DNA from: Psilocybe cubensis
Taxonomy: Eukaryota
Direction of reading: 5' to 3'
Assembly (NCBI GenBank): GCA_017499595.2
Contig: CM039003.1
Location: 3,534,001 to 3,598,000 of the forward strand
Length of the DNA stretch: 64,000 nt
Shown here: piece after piece, positions 27,338-42,500 of the stretch
How positions within the stretch are numbered: position 1 is the stretch's first letter
Layout: each line of letters begins with the position of its first letter
Position numbers and translations under genes: made by a program
Notes under the pieces: generated by a model
What the model was told of the DNA's origin: nothing
Seen by the model: the letters and a program-made list of their open reading frames with translations, nothing else
Databases searched by the model: none

Positions 27338-29168
27338 ATGTCCAACGACGCAGTCGACAAAGGTATGTACTCATTCCAATTTTCAACAAGGCAGCGCAGT
27401 CTTCTATCATTTAGTGAAGATCTAACTTCGATTCTGTAGAGACTGAACAAGTCCACGAATGGCTTCGCCAACACGGCGTCTCAGATGATCTTCATGAATT
27501 TTCAGGGGATCCAGTGAGCAAACTCCAAACGTGGGACCTGCAAATTGAAGTCCCGGTGGACTTTATCTGGATCGGGGTACGCAATGAAACCAACCAACAC
27601 CATACCGTCTTTGCACTGTTATTCACTGATCAAACTTGATCCTTCCCTTTTCTACTTCAAAAGCTGCGCGGATCGATTGATTTGGTAGTTGCGAATTGTT
27701 GTATAGACATCACCGTTGGCATACGTGGGGGCAACAAGAAATGTCAGTGCATGTCAGTGCATGTAAGTGCACGTCGGCACTGACATGCGCTGACAATATA
27801 ATGTCTATGCACTGACATGCACTGACATCACTTAGGATTTGTGAAAAAGTTGAAGTCTGTACTTATATAAAATGAAACTGTGTTCAGTGCAGGATTACTT
27901 AGACGGATTTTGAATGTATTATAAGTGTCTAGAAATCTACTATCCTCCTAGAATTATCTCTATACTGAATACCAAGAGTTGATGCACTGACACATGCACT
28001 GACCGCCAAGCAATTGCACTGACTTTGCACTGACATGCACTGACGGTGCACTTACATGCACTGACGGTGCACTCACATGCACTGACATACACTGACCTTC
28101 ATTAATGGTGCACTGACAATGCACTGACATAGTTTTTACCTTATAATCATGTTATCTTTTATTTCAAATGAAGAACACAATTTTAGGTAAGTAGACTGTA
28201 TGAGTTTCCTCTGGTCCATCAGCTGTTCCCAAGACCCGCTTGACTAGGGTGCTTCAATGGGACTTTGTAATTCCCTTTCCCTTTCAGCTGTGACATGGGG
28301 ACATCGAAATACTTACTAGAAATCCGCACCCCAAGCCAAGGCCAATACCAAAGCATTGTTGCGCCTGCAGCCAAGGATGATCCCAAATCATTGTCAAACA
28401 GGATCAATTATACACTGGAATACTCTGAGGCGCCTATTTAATGATTCCAATACAATTCATTCATTCTTCCCACATCTATGCTTGATTTGGTACACCAGAT
28501 TGTTACTTGAAAATGTAGAGAATATATATTTACTTCTATATCTTGTTATTTAGCTATGCCTGACCCAGAAACTCCGAGACCGTATGCTTTAATCATCCCC
28601 CCAAGTTAACTTTCTCACGGCCCCAATTTAACAAGTTCAAATTTTGCCACCACACCATCACGATGAACTAACCAATGCACTAACATAACCCTGCACGCAC
28701 AGGCATGTACTGACACACCATGACCAACTTATAGATTATTGGAAACATGCACTGACATTGCACTGACATCACTGCAGTCTGCACTGACATTGCACTGACA
28801 TTACTGTGGTATGCACTGACATGCACTGACCGCACTGACATTGCACTGACATTTTCCAGTGCCCCATACGTGGATGGCCAAACGGAAGCGGAGGACAAAT
28901 TGGGACTATATCTGGGAATCTTCTCCCTGGGATCACTTTGGCTGTTGGTTACGATGTTGCTTCGATGCAAGGAACCATCAGAACGTATCTTGCGGAGGGA
29001 CCCAATCCGAAATGGCTGGAGCTTGATGTGGACCTTCGTGTATTCAACCGCGCAGTCAAAGAGAAAGGCGTCCAGGTGATTAGGGTCCCGTACGTCAGAA
29101 CCTCGTTTGTAGACTTCCTGAATATGGTTTCTAATACATTTGATACCCAAAGACTGCACAGAGACTGA
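27338..29168 (+). pseudogene. Small (~150 aa) hypothetical gene disrupted by a transposon
   Basis: Exons give MSNDAVDK / ETEQVHEWLRQHG...DFIWIG / LRGSIDLVVANCCIDITVGIR. Removing 27729-28864 plus one TSD restores GWPNGSGGQIGTISGNLLPGITLAVGYDVASMQGTIRTYL in frame. Confidence 0.7.
27729..28864. mobile_element. Non-autonomous TIR transposon with 9-bp TSD (Mutator/MULE-like), 1136 bp
   Basis: TSD CATACGTGG at 27720-27728 and 28865-28873. Ends GGGCAacaagAAATGTCAGTGCA and TGCACTGACATTTtccagTGCCC. Many subterminal TGCACTGAC repeats. Confidence 0.85.
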
Positions 29169-32100
29169 GATACACGGTTGCTCATCTCGCGTCGTTGAAG
29201 CGGAAAGCCCCCGTTCATTGGGGACTTTGGCGTAAAAAAGAAAGACGAGGAAAGTAGAGGGTTAAGAGGGTGAGAAAAGGGAACAGGAAAAAAACATTGA
29301 TTACGGACATACGTGGAACAGTCGAATCGTAGTCTGAGTCATACTTTTGCGGGTTGAATCTTGTCAGTGAATGCGACGTCTTCCCAAAAAGGCCTCATGG
29401 CAGTGAGCGGGGTCGGATGCGATGATGAGGTATCGTCCTCAATTGCTATAACAGTTACCACAGCATGTGAACTACCTTTGATTGTTGGAAATGTATGCGC
29501 ATATATGTGTCACCAATCGTCAATAATTTACAAGACAGGCCAACATATGCGTTTCAAGTGGTGCATAACATGCATTAAATCATTCAAATTTTCACAAAAT
29601 AGGATGCAACGTACATTGGAGCTGACCTTGTTAAAGCCGCCTTCGCGCTCTGAGCGAGGGAGATGTTGATGAACCTGTTGCAGTTGGATTCAACATTTAG
29701 TTTCATAACCATAACTCTATAGGGGTGTGTGTGAGAACAGGGGGACACTCATCGAGGCCATGGGGACACGACAAAATAGTGATGGATCATGTGCTCGAAG
29801 ATATGCCAAAGGCGCTTGAGCTGGGCATGGAAGGAGGTCGAGTCTAGTTAGACTACGAGTATAGCAGGGGAGACGTTACATGTCTAGAGATATGCACCGT
29901 TCAAAAACACCCAACAAACCGCGCATATATTTGACAAATAGGACGCGACACATGCTAGAAGTGACCTGACAAAGGGGCGGTCGGGCGCTCAGAGAAAACT
30001 AGATGTCAAATAAGTGTCTTCATCTCCAAGGTGGTGGTAGGAACAGCGAGACGCACATGGAAGCCACGAGGACACGTCAGAAGAGGGATGGTAGGGGGTT
30101 CTGGCGCCAGTACCTGCTCAATGGGAAATGAAAGGTATGAAAAGACGACCACGAGCACTCAAAAAGGCCTGAAAGGCCAAGAAAGCTGTGGACGCGCGAC
30201 TCGTGCTTCTGCCACGTATGCAGCCAGCACAAAGTCAAACACGGCCTACATCTAGCATCATTAACTCACGCCGGAGGTCAACAGACACAAAGAAGCCCGG
30301 ATACCCTTGATTGAAGCATTACATAGTTAGGGAGGCCTGTGAAGCCTGTGAAGACAATGGGAACACAAATGTAGGGCGGGCGGGAGGCGAACTGATGAAG
30401 CGCGTGGTGTAGCGGCGTAGGAAAGACGAAGGTATAGTTTGTATGTGCCAAATAACACACGATACATGGAACAAGGTACGATGGACCTCACATTCCACTG
30501 CACTGACGCATCTCACCGACGACGCTGCACACAGTATACCACAAGTCATATATAAGCCCCGTGTGAGTGCCACAGCGTCGATATCTTGCATGTTCCAGTG
30601 CAGTGGAGAGGAACAGCGAGGGAAGGGGGGTTTTTGGCCGTGGACTATTGAAATTTATGCACGACAACGATCAGGAGCAAGTTCTCACCGAAATCCTCCC
30701 CGGACTCCTCAACTGGCTCCCTGCCTCATCGACATCCATTTTCCACTGTCGCCCTGCGTCTATCGTGTTCCACGCGCCTTGCTTTCAAAATTTTATCTTC
30801 TGAGTGGCTTCAGTAGAGGTGGAAGTAAGTGGAAAAGAACAAGGAGGGAAAGTATTGTTATTGGGAATGAACAAACGACACGTTGTTTGTCCTTACTGTT
30901 GTTAAGGACATTCAAACCTCCGCTTTCACTCACCGCCGCACCCACGAACACCGCATCTGCATATCAACACACAAATACTCGTTAACCTATACGCATCGAG
31001 TCCACACCAACGTACAGCACCGCTAGTTGAAGGACGTTCAAGCTTAATTTCAGAAATAAGTTGAAACTACCGAGATTTGTGTGATATTATGTTGCATTGT
31101 AGGGGAGACTTCGGTGGCTCCGAGCCGAAAACTCTTCTTCGATCCGGACGCTGTGCACTGTATCACACAACCGACAATGTATGTACATCGCTATCTTCGT
31201 TAACAGAGGGAACATGTGGTGGCTTCCTAGGTACAGCCTTATTTATTTTAAGAACACCTCCACTCGTCTCCGATGATCAGATTGCACATTAATGGCACAC
31301 CAAGAGACACATAAATACCCCTTCAAATACCTCTTTACTCCTCAAAGGCACCCAAATCCTCTATTAAACTTACAGTCCTGCCAATAAGCACCATCAAGAA
31401 TGCTTATAGAGCAATGAGTACTGACTATTTCCCCGCGGTCTCTACAATTTCATGAAGAATGGGCTAGAACACTGCTGATGCCGAGAAAGACACCAATGAC
31501 ATGTATGCAAATAAGAATATAGATGACAGAAGTCGATAAAAATGCGGAGCGTGTAGAAAAGAAAACTCGTGGACGAGTCTTCCTGTGAAATAGTGCCCAA
31601 ATCAATGAAATGATCAATTCATGCCACATGGACCCATGACAGTAAATACTGACTTTTCCACGTGGAATTGCGAGGATATCTATTTATGCCTAGTTTATAG
31701 TACTATTAATAGGGGCGTATTTGACATCTTGGAACACTGGATGGAAAGACTTGGTATCTGAATTCTCTGGCGCGGAAATGCGGGGTCAACGACATTTCCA
31801 ACCGTATGGGTCTTGTTCATATGACTTGAAATCTGCCTTGTGAATGATGTCGCCACCCAAAATAACCTCTGATATGATGGAGCGTTGTGCACTACCTGGA
31901 ACGTTGGAGATAACGTATTCACCAAAAACTTTTTCAAGAATCTATCTGTAAATCCAGCATGCTCGTGCAACTCAAGATTGCAATATTAGCCAACAGATTT
32001 TGTCGCAGAGGGTGGGCATGTAACGTGTCATTGGGAGTAACTTACAGAACTCTCAACAAGGGTTTGGGGGTGATTAATTCTATCTCTTTAATGCGCTGAA

Positions 32101-32763
32101 CAGTTATGTGACAGATAGGGGTCGGAATCATTCTCCTAGATAATGAATAAGTGTTAAAACACTTTCTTAACTTGTAAACAGGGATATTATGGCCCCCATG
32201 ACCGAGCGAAATTTGCGGAGGGAGGGGAAATATTCTATTCCACGTTCTACGGGGGTGACAGTGGCTGGGAGACAATGGGGACAGATGAGTCACAGGTCAT
32301 ACTATGCGAAAAATAACCAATAGCTCCCGGTATATCAATGCGTTTTCAATTAAAAGCTGCGTGTCCATGCATCAAGACAAGACGTATACTGTACAGTGAG
32401 AACGAAAATGTCACCTTGGCATCAGTTATCTTTGACGCAAACAACGAGCGTCTGCAAGTGTATGGAGTCAGATATTGTTATTAAACTGACGGCTTCGAGC
32501 CTTTATCTGTCAGGGATGCGATGTGTCTCGGGGGACAGCACAAAGATTACACAGCTCTGAGTATGTGTGCAATATTTGATAACTATACAATCCATTGATT
32601 TTGATGTGATCTCGAGAGAGTCTATGATGGACATTGGACACATTGTGAGATAATTTACATCTCGTGGATCCGAAATTCACCCTTATGAGTTGTGAGAGAT
32701 GTTCCTAAGGGTTTATATAAGGCGAACGAATTATCTGGTGTGGGCAATCTGCTACGTATCATT

Positions 32764-34141
32764 ATGTCTACACCTAGCATTGCAGTTCCGGTCGGAATAC
32801 AAGATGTCATCGGCGCTAGTCTTAATTCTACGCTTGCGCTGAGTTTCTTAATGGGTAGGTGTAATGCACCGTTGCTGGTCAACGATTAGGAACGCTCAAT
32901 CGGTAGAATTTTAGGCATTTACACGATGGTTTACTCAGGAACCGTGTATATCTATTGCACGTTTATTATTTTGTACACTGGATATCGATTGACATGCGTT
33001 TTTATACAGTATGCAAGAGGCAGTCCAGTACAACGAACATTGTTGTACTAGTGGCAATCTCAAGCTTATACTTGTCCTGTCTCATGGAGGTTATACTGCA
33101 ATGGTATTTTCTGAATCGGTTGGTTTTAAATAACACCAACACCTCAAACTCGATATACTGGGGAGCATTAGGAGGCCTTCAATCTCAATGGATCACACGG
33201 GTCCTCAATGATATCTTCTTTTATGCACTATTTATCATTTCGGATGGATTACTGGTCAGTCCAACTGACCACCAAGATACGTATCTCACTGCTGATGCTC
33301 GTTGACTAGATATGGAGATGTTACCATGTGTGGGGACGCTCTATACTGGCAATCACACTCCCACTTCTCCTTTTAGTTGCCGAGTTTGGTACGCTGATAT
33401 CCGGGAGACTCGAATGATAACATCTCTAATTACCTCTCCGTTAAAGGTTTATCATTGTCAGCGACCATCTTTGATGCTCTATTTGCCAATGGAGTCAGTA
33501 GTTCAAGTGCCATATTGGCCAGTAACAGGATTGAAAGTGCTCTACCTTTTATCATTCTTGGCACGGCAGTCAGTACTACATTCCTCATTGCATTCAAGAT
33601 CCATCGCGCGTCGAGGTCCAGCAACTTGTCGTATAGGAGAAGGTTTATTCGCATTGCTGCGATGATTGTCGAGTCGGCTGCGGTGTATTCTTTGATATTA
33701 CTTGTCATGGCTATAATCACAGCTCTTCCTTCGTCTTTCCCATCGTTGGAGGCTCCTGTGTACATCGCCTTGTACTATGTACAAGCAGTTGCAGTCATAA
33801 TTGGGGTAAGTGTCTTTCCCAATGTAGTGCGTCTGTTATTAATTTATGTTATTAATTTATGAACCACATAGGGGTTGGCGCCAACGATACTAGTGGCAAG
33901 GATTGCCCTCACTAATCCAGCTGCCCACACAACAGCATCGTTGAACCCAGTTTCCCATTTAACGGCCATTCAATTTGGGGTGCATCAGCATCCTGATTCG
34001 CAAGTTGCCGCTTGGAACGATGTGGCTTCTGCTAGACCAAATGGCGGAACTCCATTCCAACCAGCAGAAGCAGAGCAGCGGGTGTTGGATTCAGAAAGAT
34101 TGTCCAAGTCTGGAGAGATTGTCTGGAATAAGGAATTATAA
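32764..34141 (+). CDS. Agaricomycete-type multi-pass (about 7 TM) membrane protein
   Basis: MSTPSIAVPVGIQDVIGASLNSTLALSFLMG, ISDGLL / IWRCYHVW, IVESAAVYS and APTILVARI motifs, with hydrophobic exons and GT-AG introns. Confidence 0.75.
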
Positions 34142-37100
34142 GAAATGTGCTTGTAGGATAGAACGATGATGTACATGGACTAAATGCTTTCGAGGCACTC
34201 TACGACAGAAATTGCTGCATCTCTGAGAAGTTAAGTTGCGGAGAAATGAGTGGGCAACCCAGAGGAATCAAACGAGAAGTCGCTGAAGTGCGCGAGAGCC
34301 CTGATCCGAGATACAACGCGCAGGACAGGTCCCGGAGAAGGGGAACTCTTCACCACGTTCCGCATTCGATTCAGAATTCGCAGTTTGAGATAGGCATTTG
34401 TATTCTGTGAGCAACATGTGTTCAACTTTGCCCACGATCCGCCCTTCAACATCAAACCCATACATATCTACATCTGTACGCCTCCATGGGACGATGAAGC
34501 GCATATATGCGCTCAGCTCCAGGCAGGGGAGTCGCCCGCACAGCACCCTCGTCTTCCCGAGTGCCGAGTGCTCGTGCTCGTGACCAAATCCCCTACCTGT
34601 GCTCCAAGCGACCAAGCGGCATCGTGGTTGTGTTCTTGTTCAACACCACGCAGAGCATGAGCGATGAGTATGAAGTGTACAGAGTGTGATGTAGACGCAG
34701 GCAAGGATGGGCAGTGCTGCTGCTGCTGCTGCTGCTGGCCGAGACTGCAGAGTCAGCCGTCAGCTCAAGTTCCAAGTGTGTGGAGTCAGTGTTTATCAGA
34801 ATGCGGGATGCATCTTATGACGTATTCGTTGGGGGATGGCGCGGGTGAAAGCGTAGAGGAAAGAGAGGGCTCGACAGAAGCATCACCAGAAGCATAACCA
34901 GGGCCAGGGCCAGAGCCAGGGCCAGAGCCAGAACTAACACTACCGGAAGTGACACGCGCAGAAGAGTCTAACGGAAACTCTTCATAGAGCTCGGATTAAA
35001 CATCCGGGACTGAGTGTGTGTTTCTCTCTCCGTGTTCCCCATCCCGTTCTGCATCGTGTGCCCCATCTACCTATTTCATGCCCACACCTACGCCCATCCC
35101 AATATCAACACCCGTAAAGGCCTGTTATAAGTCGTCCGTCAAGACCCGTGTGGTGCGCATCGAACCATTGCCACCCGTGGAAGGCCACACGTAGTGCGGC
35201 GAGTTGCAATGTTTAGGAAGAACATCGGGTGCTTAGCCCCACAAATGGGAGGAAATTTAAAAGGGGAGGGAATGCTTTGCGTGGTGAGTGCGATGTTGAG
35301 GGTAAAGCGATTGTGTTGAATGCGGAGGGAGGGTAGGACAAGTGGGGTTGACAGTGTTGCGTCAGTGGAAGCGTGGAAGCGTGGAAGAAAGAAGTAGGAT
35401 ACAGGCTATGACTATCACTCACCAGGACTGAGATAACCACCGAACGCAGAGAGCGGGTGAAACCGGGTGAGAGAGGTGGCAGGGTTGTGGGACAGGCAGG
35501 CTACGGCGACTCATCGTTGTGTGCGGTCGGGGGCCCTCAGTGTGTTTGGAATCCATGTCAAGCTCGACAGTATGCTCCTTCATTCGCACCCTCATCGTAA
35601 TATCCTCTATCCTCCTCCTGTGTCATCTGTTCATTTGACCGCGTCTTGGATCGTCAGTGGTCCAGTTGACGGCGGCGGTACTCGTTCAAGAGCGGCAGTA
35701 CAATGGGGTTGTATCCAATCAATCTAGGAGGAACAAGATGCAGAGAATACGGAGGTTGAGGAGGTAGTGGTCAATGTTAACGCACCTTGTTATAACCCAC
35801 TGCCGAGCGATAAGCGGAAACAAAACCTTGACTTGACGTAGGAGCGGGCTTGTTTTGCACCCCGCAATACATAGGTGAATATCTGCTCCCAGGTCCATCG
35901 ATGAGTTATCAAACACCGCTTCAGCCTGGACGATATCGAACTTCCCAGCGAAATAATCCTTGAGGCCGGTGGAGGGCATAGGTCACCGTGACGAGTGCGT
36001 CAGGACCTCATGCGTGATACAGGCCAAGCGAGTGCAAGGGTTGAGTAAGTGGTGCGGTTTGTGCCATGAACGAAACAAGTGGCGGGGTGGTGAGTTGCGA
36101 ATGGTGCATGCGGTGTGAAATATGTAGGCGTTTAAAAAGAAGTGGTGTTGGTTTTCGTTGTTCTTGTTGCGTGCCGGGTTGGCCGCAGATCGCAGCGGTG
36201 TCTGCCGTGGGAGTAAAAGTGGTTAAAACAGACTGGGCGCGTTGACGTCCGTGGTCATACGCATGGATTCAGGAAGAGCGGGTAGTCCGGCGATAGTCTG
36301 AGCAAACACAAACGAATACTAACGCTTCCTCCACCTCGAACCGTTGATGCAGACGACCCGTAACCTTCCGATCCCGTATCCGACTCTACACCGCGCAGTA
36401 CTCATGCTCAAACTCGCATGCCAACAGCGGTGTGAACCGCTACATTTCCCGAATCATTTTTTTATTTAAATTGACAAAGGATAAAAATCAACGATAGAGG
36501 ATATAGGAGAATGACATTGAAAACGCGAGATAGCATGTACCACAATTTCTACTGCATTGGATAGGACAATGTTACACATTCACCTCACGGCACAGGTAGC
36601 ACATCAACTGTCATATGAGCCCAGGGTAGGCTTCCCGGCTTCGATGTAGAAATTCTTCCAGTGCATTCGGAAAATGAGGGTGATAAAGATGGCGAGGGGG
36701 GGGGGGTCAGAGGAGAGCCGTAGGGTTCCTCGTATCGATTCCGTACGCGAAAGCAACAAAAGACATATCAAACATGAATCACTCACCTAGATCGCCCCTT
36801 CCTCTATTCCTCAGACTGCATGTCCCTCTTCCTATATCTCCGGTTTAGAGTCCTGCAATGGTTCTGGCGTCAGTCGAGTGGCTGGGGAACTTGGAGATGA
36901 CGAACGAACTACGAAGTGGCGCATTGTTTGTCCTTGATGTTGTCATCTTTATTCAAACCCCGCTTTGACTGGCCGACACCGTGCCGCCCGCTCGGGCGCA
37001 GCGCGCACTGTTGCGGATGCGAGACTCCATTGGTCAGTCCAGTCAACAGATAATATGCAAGAACCGATTAAAATATCATTCAATGCTATATCTTAGTGTA

Positions 37101-37169
37101 TCGTTATTGTAATTATACATATTTAACATGTTTGAATGAGAAATTGTGGATCCAATGGGAGTGACATCG

Positions 37170-37825
37170 TCGCCCGACCTTTCCAATCTCTACGGCACGG
37201 TTCATTTTCTCTTTCAAGAAATGTCATGAGAATGAGAGAAGTAAACATCTGTGTTCTGCTTAGTTGATTACGAAACTGTCTTCTATTTATCTTTAAAATT
37301 TCTATAAACGATTCACTGCCCATCAGAAATAATAGCACTAACTTGGGGAAGCGAAGCGTGGGAAGACATAGTAGCATGGTGGCTTGCAAGCACTAGTCGT
37401 AGTACCATAGCAGTCGGAACAAGTCGCTGAAATACCAACGGCTTCTCGTAAAGCACTAATCCCACACGTAATAACTCAAGGAAACTTACCAGCACATTTT
37501 CTGCCACAGTAGTATAGGTTTCCAACGCAACCAACGGAGAAGCAACATTGCTTAGCTGGGGAACTACCATGCCAAGCGCAACAACTATGAGAACGATAGA
37601 GTATATTGCGGATGTCTTGATTACTATAGCGAGGATACGCGTGTATCGGTTTTGTGAGTGGTATATCTCACGTGTAGAGGTGTAGAATTTTTATCCAATG
37701 AGGATGGTTGCGTACAGAGTGGTACACAGGGATGAGAGCAGTGTCGCGCCTGCGATATAGTTGATTCGAGCTTGTCCCTGCGCGGTATTTATCTCTGTGG
37801 TAAACCAGAGGAAAACAAGGTCTGT
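37170..37825 (-). pseudogene. 3' fragment of a paralogous multi-pass membrane protein
   Basis: Reads ...TTLYATILIG*KF...RILAIVIKTSAIYSIVL...ISATCSDCYG, similar to the 32764-34141 family, with an in-frame stop and no visible 5' part. Confidence 0.5.
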
Positions 37826-37874
37826 AACTGACACTCATGTACAATATTTAGTACGGTGTTAGATTATTGTTTTT

Positions 37875-39553
37875 CTACACCATGTATATAGACAAATCAA
37901 TTGATTGAATTACTCTTGGAGGTACCACGAATGCTGAGAACAAGTCGACTCGATACGATACAGGGGAACGCAAGGCAAAATCCCAATGGAGTTTGACCCA
38001 ACTCACTGGACTAATAAAGATACCATAATGAGACGGAACACCAAACAAAGGATTTATACATACAGGGAAAGCAATCCACATCAGTGTTAATGTGATATAT
38101 ATCAGGCCAATGCTACATGTTGTGAGGATACATATGTCAGCATTTTTTTGTCGTAGCAATTGCAGAGGGACATACATTACAAAGTATATGGCTGAGCCGC
38201 GGTAGAGCATTTCTATCAACTGTTTTCCACTCGTAACTGACGAGTGTTGTCTATGTCCTACCAATTCCAGAGAATCGGTTACTTCTATACCTTTAATCAA
38301 TGCTAGGATACACAATAATGCCTCAAAGCAGAATATAGGGATCCAAAAGGCAAAAAAGTAATGCGTGGAATGCAGTGCTATACATGCAATGCCTTTGGGA
38401 TTTGATATCACTTTGGCTTATGTTATTTAGCTGTTAGAGAAGTGATCATCAACGAGTAATCCATGTAATCACCTTTCATATCTTGAAGAGAAAGCTCTAT
38501 TATTATACCAGATATTGCGGACAAAAGGAGAAAGATTATTAAGAGGATAAATGCCAATTTCTTATTGAAGTACATGGCATATATCCTGATTTGGAGAATT
38601 CCTGAAAGCATAATATTGTAACGGAGATGGTTCAGTACAAGGGTTAAAAGAGTTAAGCACTGTACAGACCTTGGCTCATCATACTGATCGATAAAGTAGT
38701 CCACGCTTGCCATCTAAAATAGGCTAAACCTATAGAAAGTTGCTGATACTTAATCTCCCTAAACAGAAGCACTGTTCAAACTCACAGCTGCCTCAGGTTC
38801 AAAAAATATAAGATTTAAATTCATGACAGGAGTATGTAAAGATGTACTCGCCTCTAGATAGAAAACGTCACTGATAAGTATCTACTTGCATTAAAATAAT
38901 CACTTACGTTGTTAGTAGCTGTCATTGGGAATAACACTGATGAGAATGCTTAGGTCGGTAGTATATCATGCAATAGTTGTCAAAAACTCACTGTAACTAT
39001 TGAAACTGTGTGCCGTATGCCATTAAATCGGTTGATGGGATGAATTCAAAGAGGTAAGTGATATCGACTTACGTTGTACACGCCAGCGTGTAGTAGCGGA
39101 TCTGTACTTTCAATTTTTAACTTGGAAATTTGTAGGCAAATCGCTCTAAGTGCAACGCACACATAAGAATAGAACCTTGAACAATGACCATTGTCGATTC
39201 TATGAAAATAGACACTTGGAACCTTCGCAAAATTGAAGAAAAAAGTCAAATTAATTACCCAAACCAACTCAACCTTACACCCGAGTGAGTAATTCTTCTG
39301 ATATTTATGCTCCAAGTCTCACCTCCTGGTCAAATGTTATAACTACCAGGTTACCGTTGAGTTAGCTGATAATGCATTTTAATCAATTTAATGACACTGA
39401 CTATGATCAAAGATAACAATCGATTGGGCAGACACTAGATACACTCGTAAATGTTGTTTCAATGAGAAAAAATGAAAAGGACGAACAATAAGCATACTTG
39501 ACCATTTCAAGACCACGATAAGAAGTGAAATAATTTGTGGCGTTGTCAGCCAT
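37875..39553 (-). CDS. DUF6533-type multi-pass membrane protein, multi-intron; 3' end uncertain
   Basis: Start MADNATNYF, family-type motif TFDQE / VELVW, then ILQIRIYAMYFNKKL, AFWIPIFCFEALLCILALIKG and LYRGSAIYF. Confidence 0.6.
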
Positions 39554-42500
39554 TTGGGAGGATGTTGGGGGGGAGATGGAAATACAAATCTTGTCTGGCC
39601 TATTTAACTTCCTGCGTATCGTCGATACACGTAATTCCTTAGAGACAATCTAGTCTCCACTGACACCATGACAATATCACTGGAGTTTAAACACTAGATT
39701 AAATCATAATGGAAAGATGGCGTATGGAAATCAAAACTTGATAATCTCCATCTCTGGGGTCAAATTATGCGAAACACATGTGTGACTGAACATGCAAGCT
39801 ACGAGAGGTTCTATAAAAGGAGATATAATTAGGTTATTATATGGATATACGTGTCAGTAGCTTTGTTGAAAGATCTTACATGGCACATAATACCACACTG
39901 ACAAGAACTGAAATGCTCATAAACAAGTTTTGATTTTATCATCCATCTCCAAGGCGGCACTGATGCAACATCTGCATATTCTGTGCGTGTGAAAAGATCT
40001 CACTCCTTCATGGCTTACAATTCATCGAAGCATGACAAACCTTCATCAGAACAGATCAAGCTATTAAAGTAGAAGATTATTGAGTGTGCAAGAGATTGTG
40101 TACATATATATATGACTAGCAGCTAGAGGCGGCTATTAAGTATCCACTATCATAACCCCCAGTTGCAATCCCGCAAAACACAAATATTCCGCTGTGCAAC
40201 AACAGGAAACAACCGCCACTCACAGGAGAGGCCCTATAGGCTACTACAGTATGACTCGGGTGCGGGGCTGAGCTCGGATGTCAGATGTTGTTGAATTGCA
40301 TGACTGGCCCGTTGTTTCCTACATATGCGAAGAAGATTGGAAAGCGGAAAAATAGCAATGAAGACGGTGAGCAACAGACGAGCGAATATATCTAATCATA
40401 CACTCTTGATCACCCACAAAAAGAGTACTACTTCACAACTCCCTCCCACTCACACCCATGGGCTAACGCCTGAATTCTTCTTAAAGTCAAAAACATGATG
40501 CATCTCCACCACCTCCTTATCCCCCCGCAGACCTACACGCATATACACATGTGTACATCCTGTCAATGTTCACATATGTTCTGTCTCGTTGCGTAGCCTT
40601 TTCTTGTTCGCATTTGCGTTTTTGTTCCGGTTCCGCTGCATTGCTGCACTGAAATGTCCAAGACGCCGACGACATGTGGACTACGGCCGGTGTACGAGGT
40701 AATGCCGAAATACCACCTTTATCTCGGGGGAGAATGGCGCAGCACCGTAGACGAGAACGAGGGCCAGGAGGTGGTGGTAGTGGGTAATACACATACCGCT
40801 GAGTCGTCCGTGGGTATGGACGGCGAATACATGAAGTTTGTATGGAGTATTGAATGGTCAGGGAAGGATGTACATAAACCGAGATGAGATTTACCGATTG
40901 TACGCACGATAAACCGCTCAACGTAACGGAAAATGTAAACTGGAAGTCGGGAAGTGAATCAATAAAGGGCGGCGTGAGCATGTCGTGTGCAAGAGAGTTA
41001 TTGTCCTGAGAGGTTATGTGCATCGTCAATGTGCTTGGTGTCCATATTGAGACCCAACTCCTCTATCGACATGAACTCACGCTCACGCTCTTCATGCTCA
41101 AGCCACTGGTTGAGCTAACACTTGTACGACTTGCATAGCTGGCGCAGAGCGGCGACGCCAAGATGGAATGGTTGTGAAAGAGGTGGAGGGAAAAGATACG
41201 CACCAGAAATACCCTCCTCCGTGATCACCAAGTCGGGTTTGATCCCCTTCCTGTATTTGAGCAGACAACCTAGAAGAATATTCCGTCGTGGATGGTGTAC
41301 CGGGTGTGTAAAATCTTGTGCAGCAGTACACCGTTGAGCACACGTAGCTCCCAGCGCTCCCCTCCTGAAATCTTCTCGAGCTGCAAACCGTGCCACTTCG
41401 TGTCAACAATGCAATTCAAGGTTGCACTGTTATTACACGATTTGGTGACAATGAGGGTCGAGATGACTCGGGGTGAGAGTGTCCCGGTGTCAGCGAAGGT
41501 CGGGATCGGGATGGGATGGGTGGTACGCAGATGATGGGCATTGGTGGGACGTGCGGATTTCATTGAAGGTGTAGGTGATGTGGGTGGTTTTGGATGGGGG
41601 TTTTGTATTGAGAATGAAAAATAGCTCACCGCACACCTCATCTGGTATTCTTTCCAGCCCAAACATATCCTTCGCGATGGTGGTCGTCATGTTGGTTTTT
41701 CCAGAACATTGTTACCGTTGTTAGTCAGTCTGTACAGGTTATTATTATGGCCAAATCAACGAACGGAGAGTACAAAAAAAGAGAAACACTCACAGAATAC
41801 CTCAAGCTTCGTCTTGGGGTGCAGACACGGTACTATATACATTGTGCATCGTTACAGAAACCGTTATTCTTGCATTTGTATGCACCAGTTATCCCTAGTC
41901 GAATATGAAGAGGCCGTGTAGATATTGATTTTCGAAAAGGGGACCTTTAAATCAGACATATCAGTTAAGGTAAAACAGAATAAAAAGGACACGTACTAAT
42001 AACGAAGGATTGTTTGTGGAGGTGCAGCTGAAGCCAGACGAGACGAGACAGAAGACGCGTTTTGCGGATTAGTCAGCCGGTGATGTTTCACGCGCTCGGG
42101 CCATGCCAACCAGCCTTGAGCTTGCCCTCTTAACTTGCGTTGCGTTTGTAGGGGACGCGCTGTGCACAGTATACGCAGTAGCAGCATCTGACGGATTAAA
42201 TCAGTCTTATAATTGGTGCACAAAATATGAATAGCATGGGTTTTCGAGTAAAACATCTGGGAGGAAGAGTAGATGGCACTAAGGTTGCGTTATCGCCAGC
42301 GATTTTGACATTCTCATCTGCGTACTAATTGAGCAATTGTATATTTACTGAATTAAAACCTTTTTACTGTTTGTACACCGTGTAATGTACTCCTATTAGT
42401 TAAACGCGGTGTGCGGTCATGCTCAACTGCTCTTTTCGCTACTGACGACTACAGTAGGGTGGATTCAAGAGAACAATGTCACTGTATTGTACATAGCACC

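Noticed and set aside
40500-42260. Minus-strand gene remnants
   Set aside because: Many stops and no recognisable domain, so no product can be supported.
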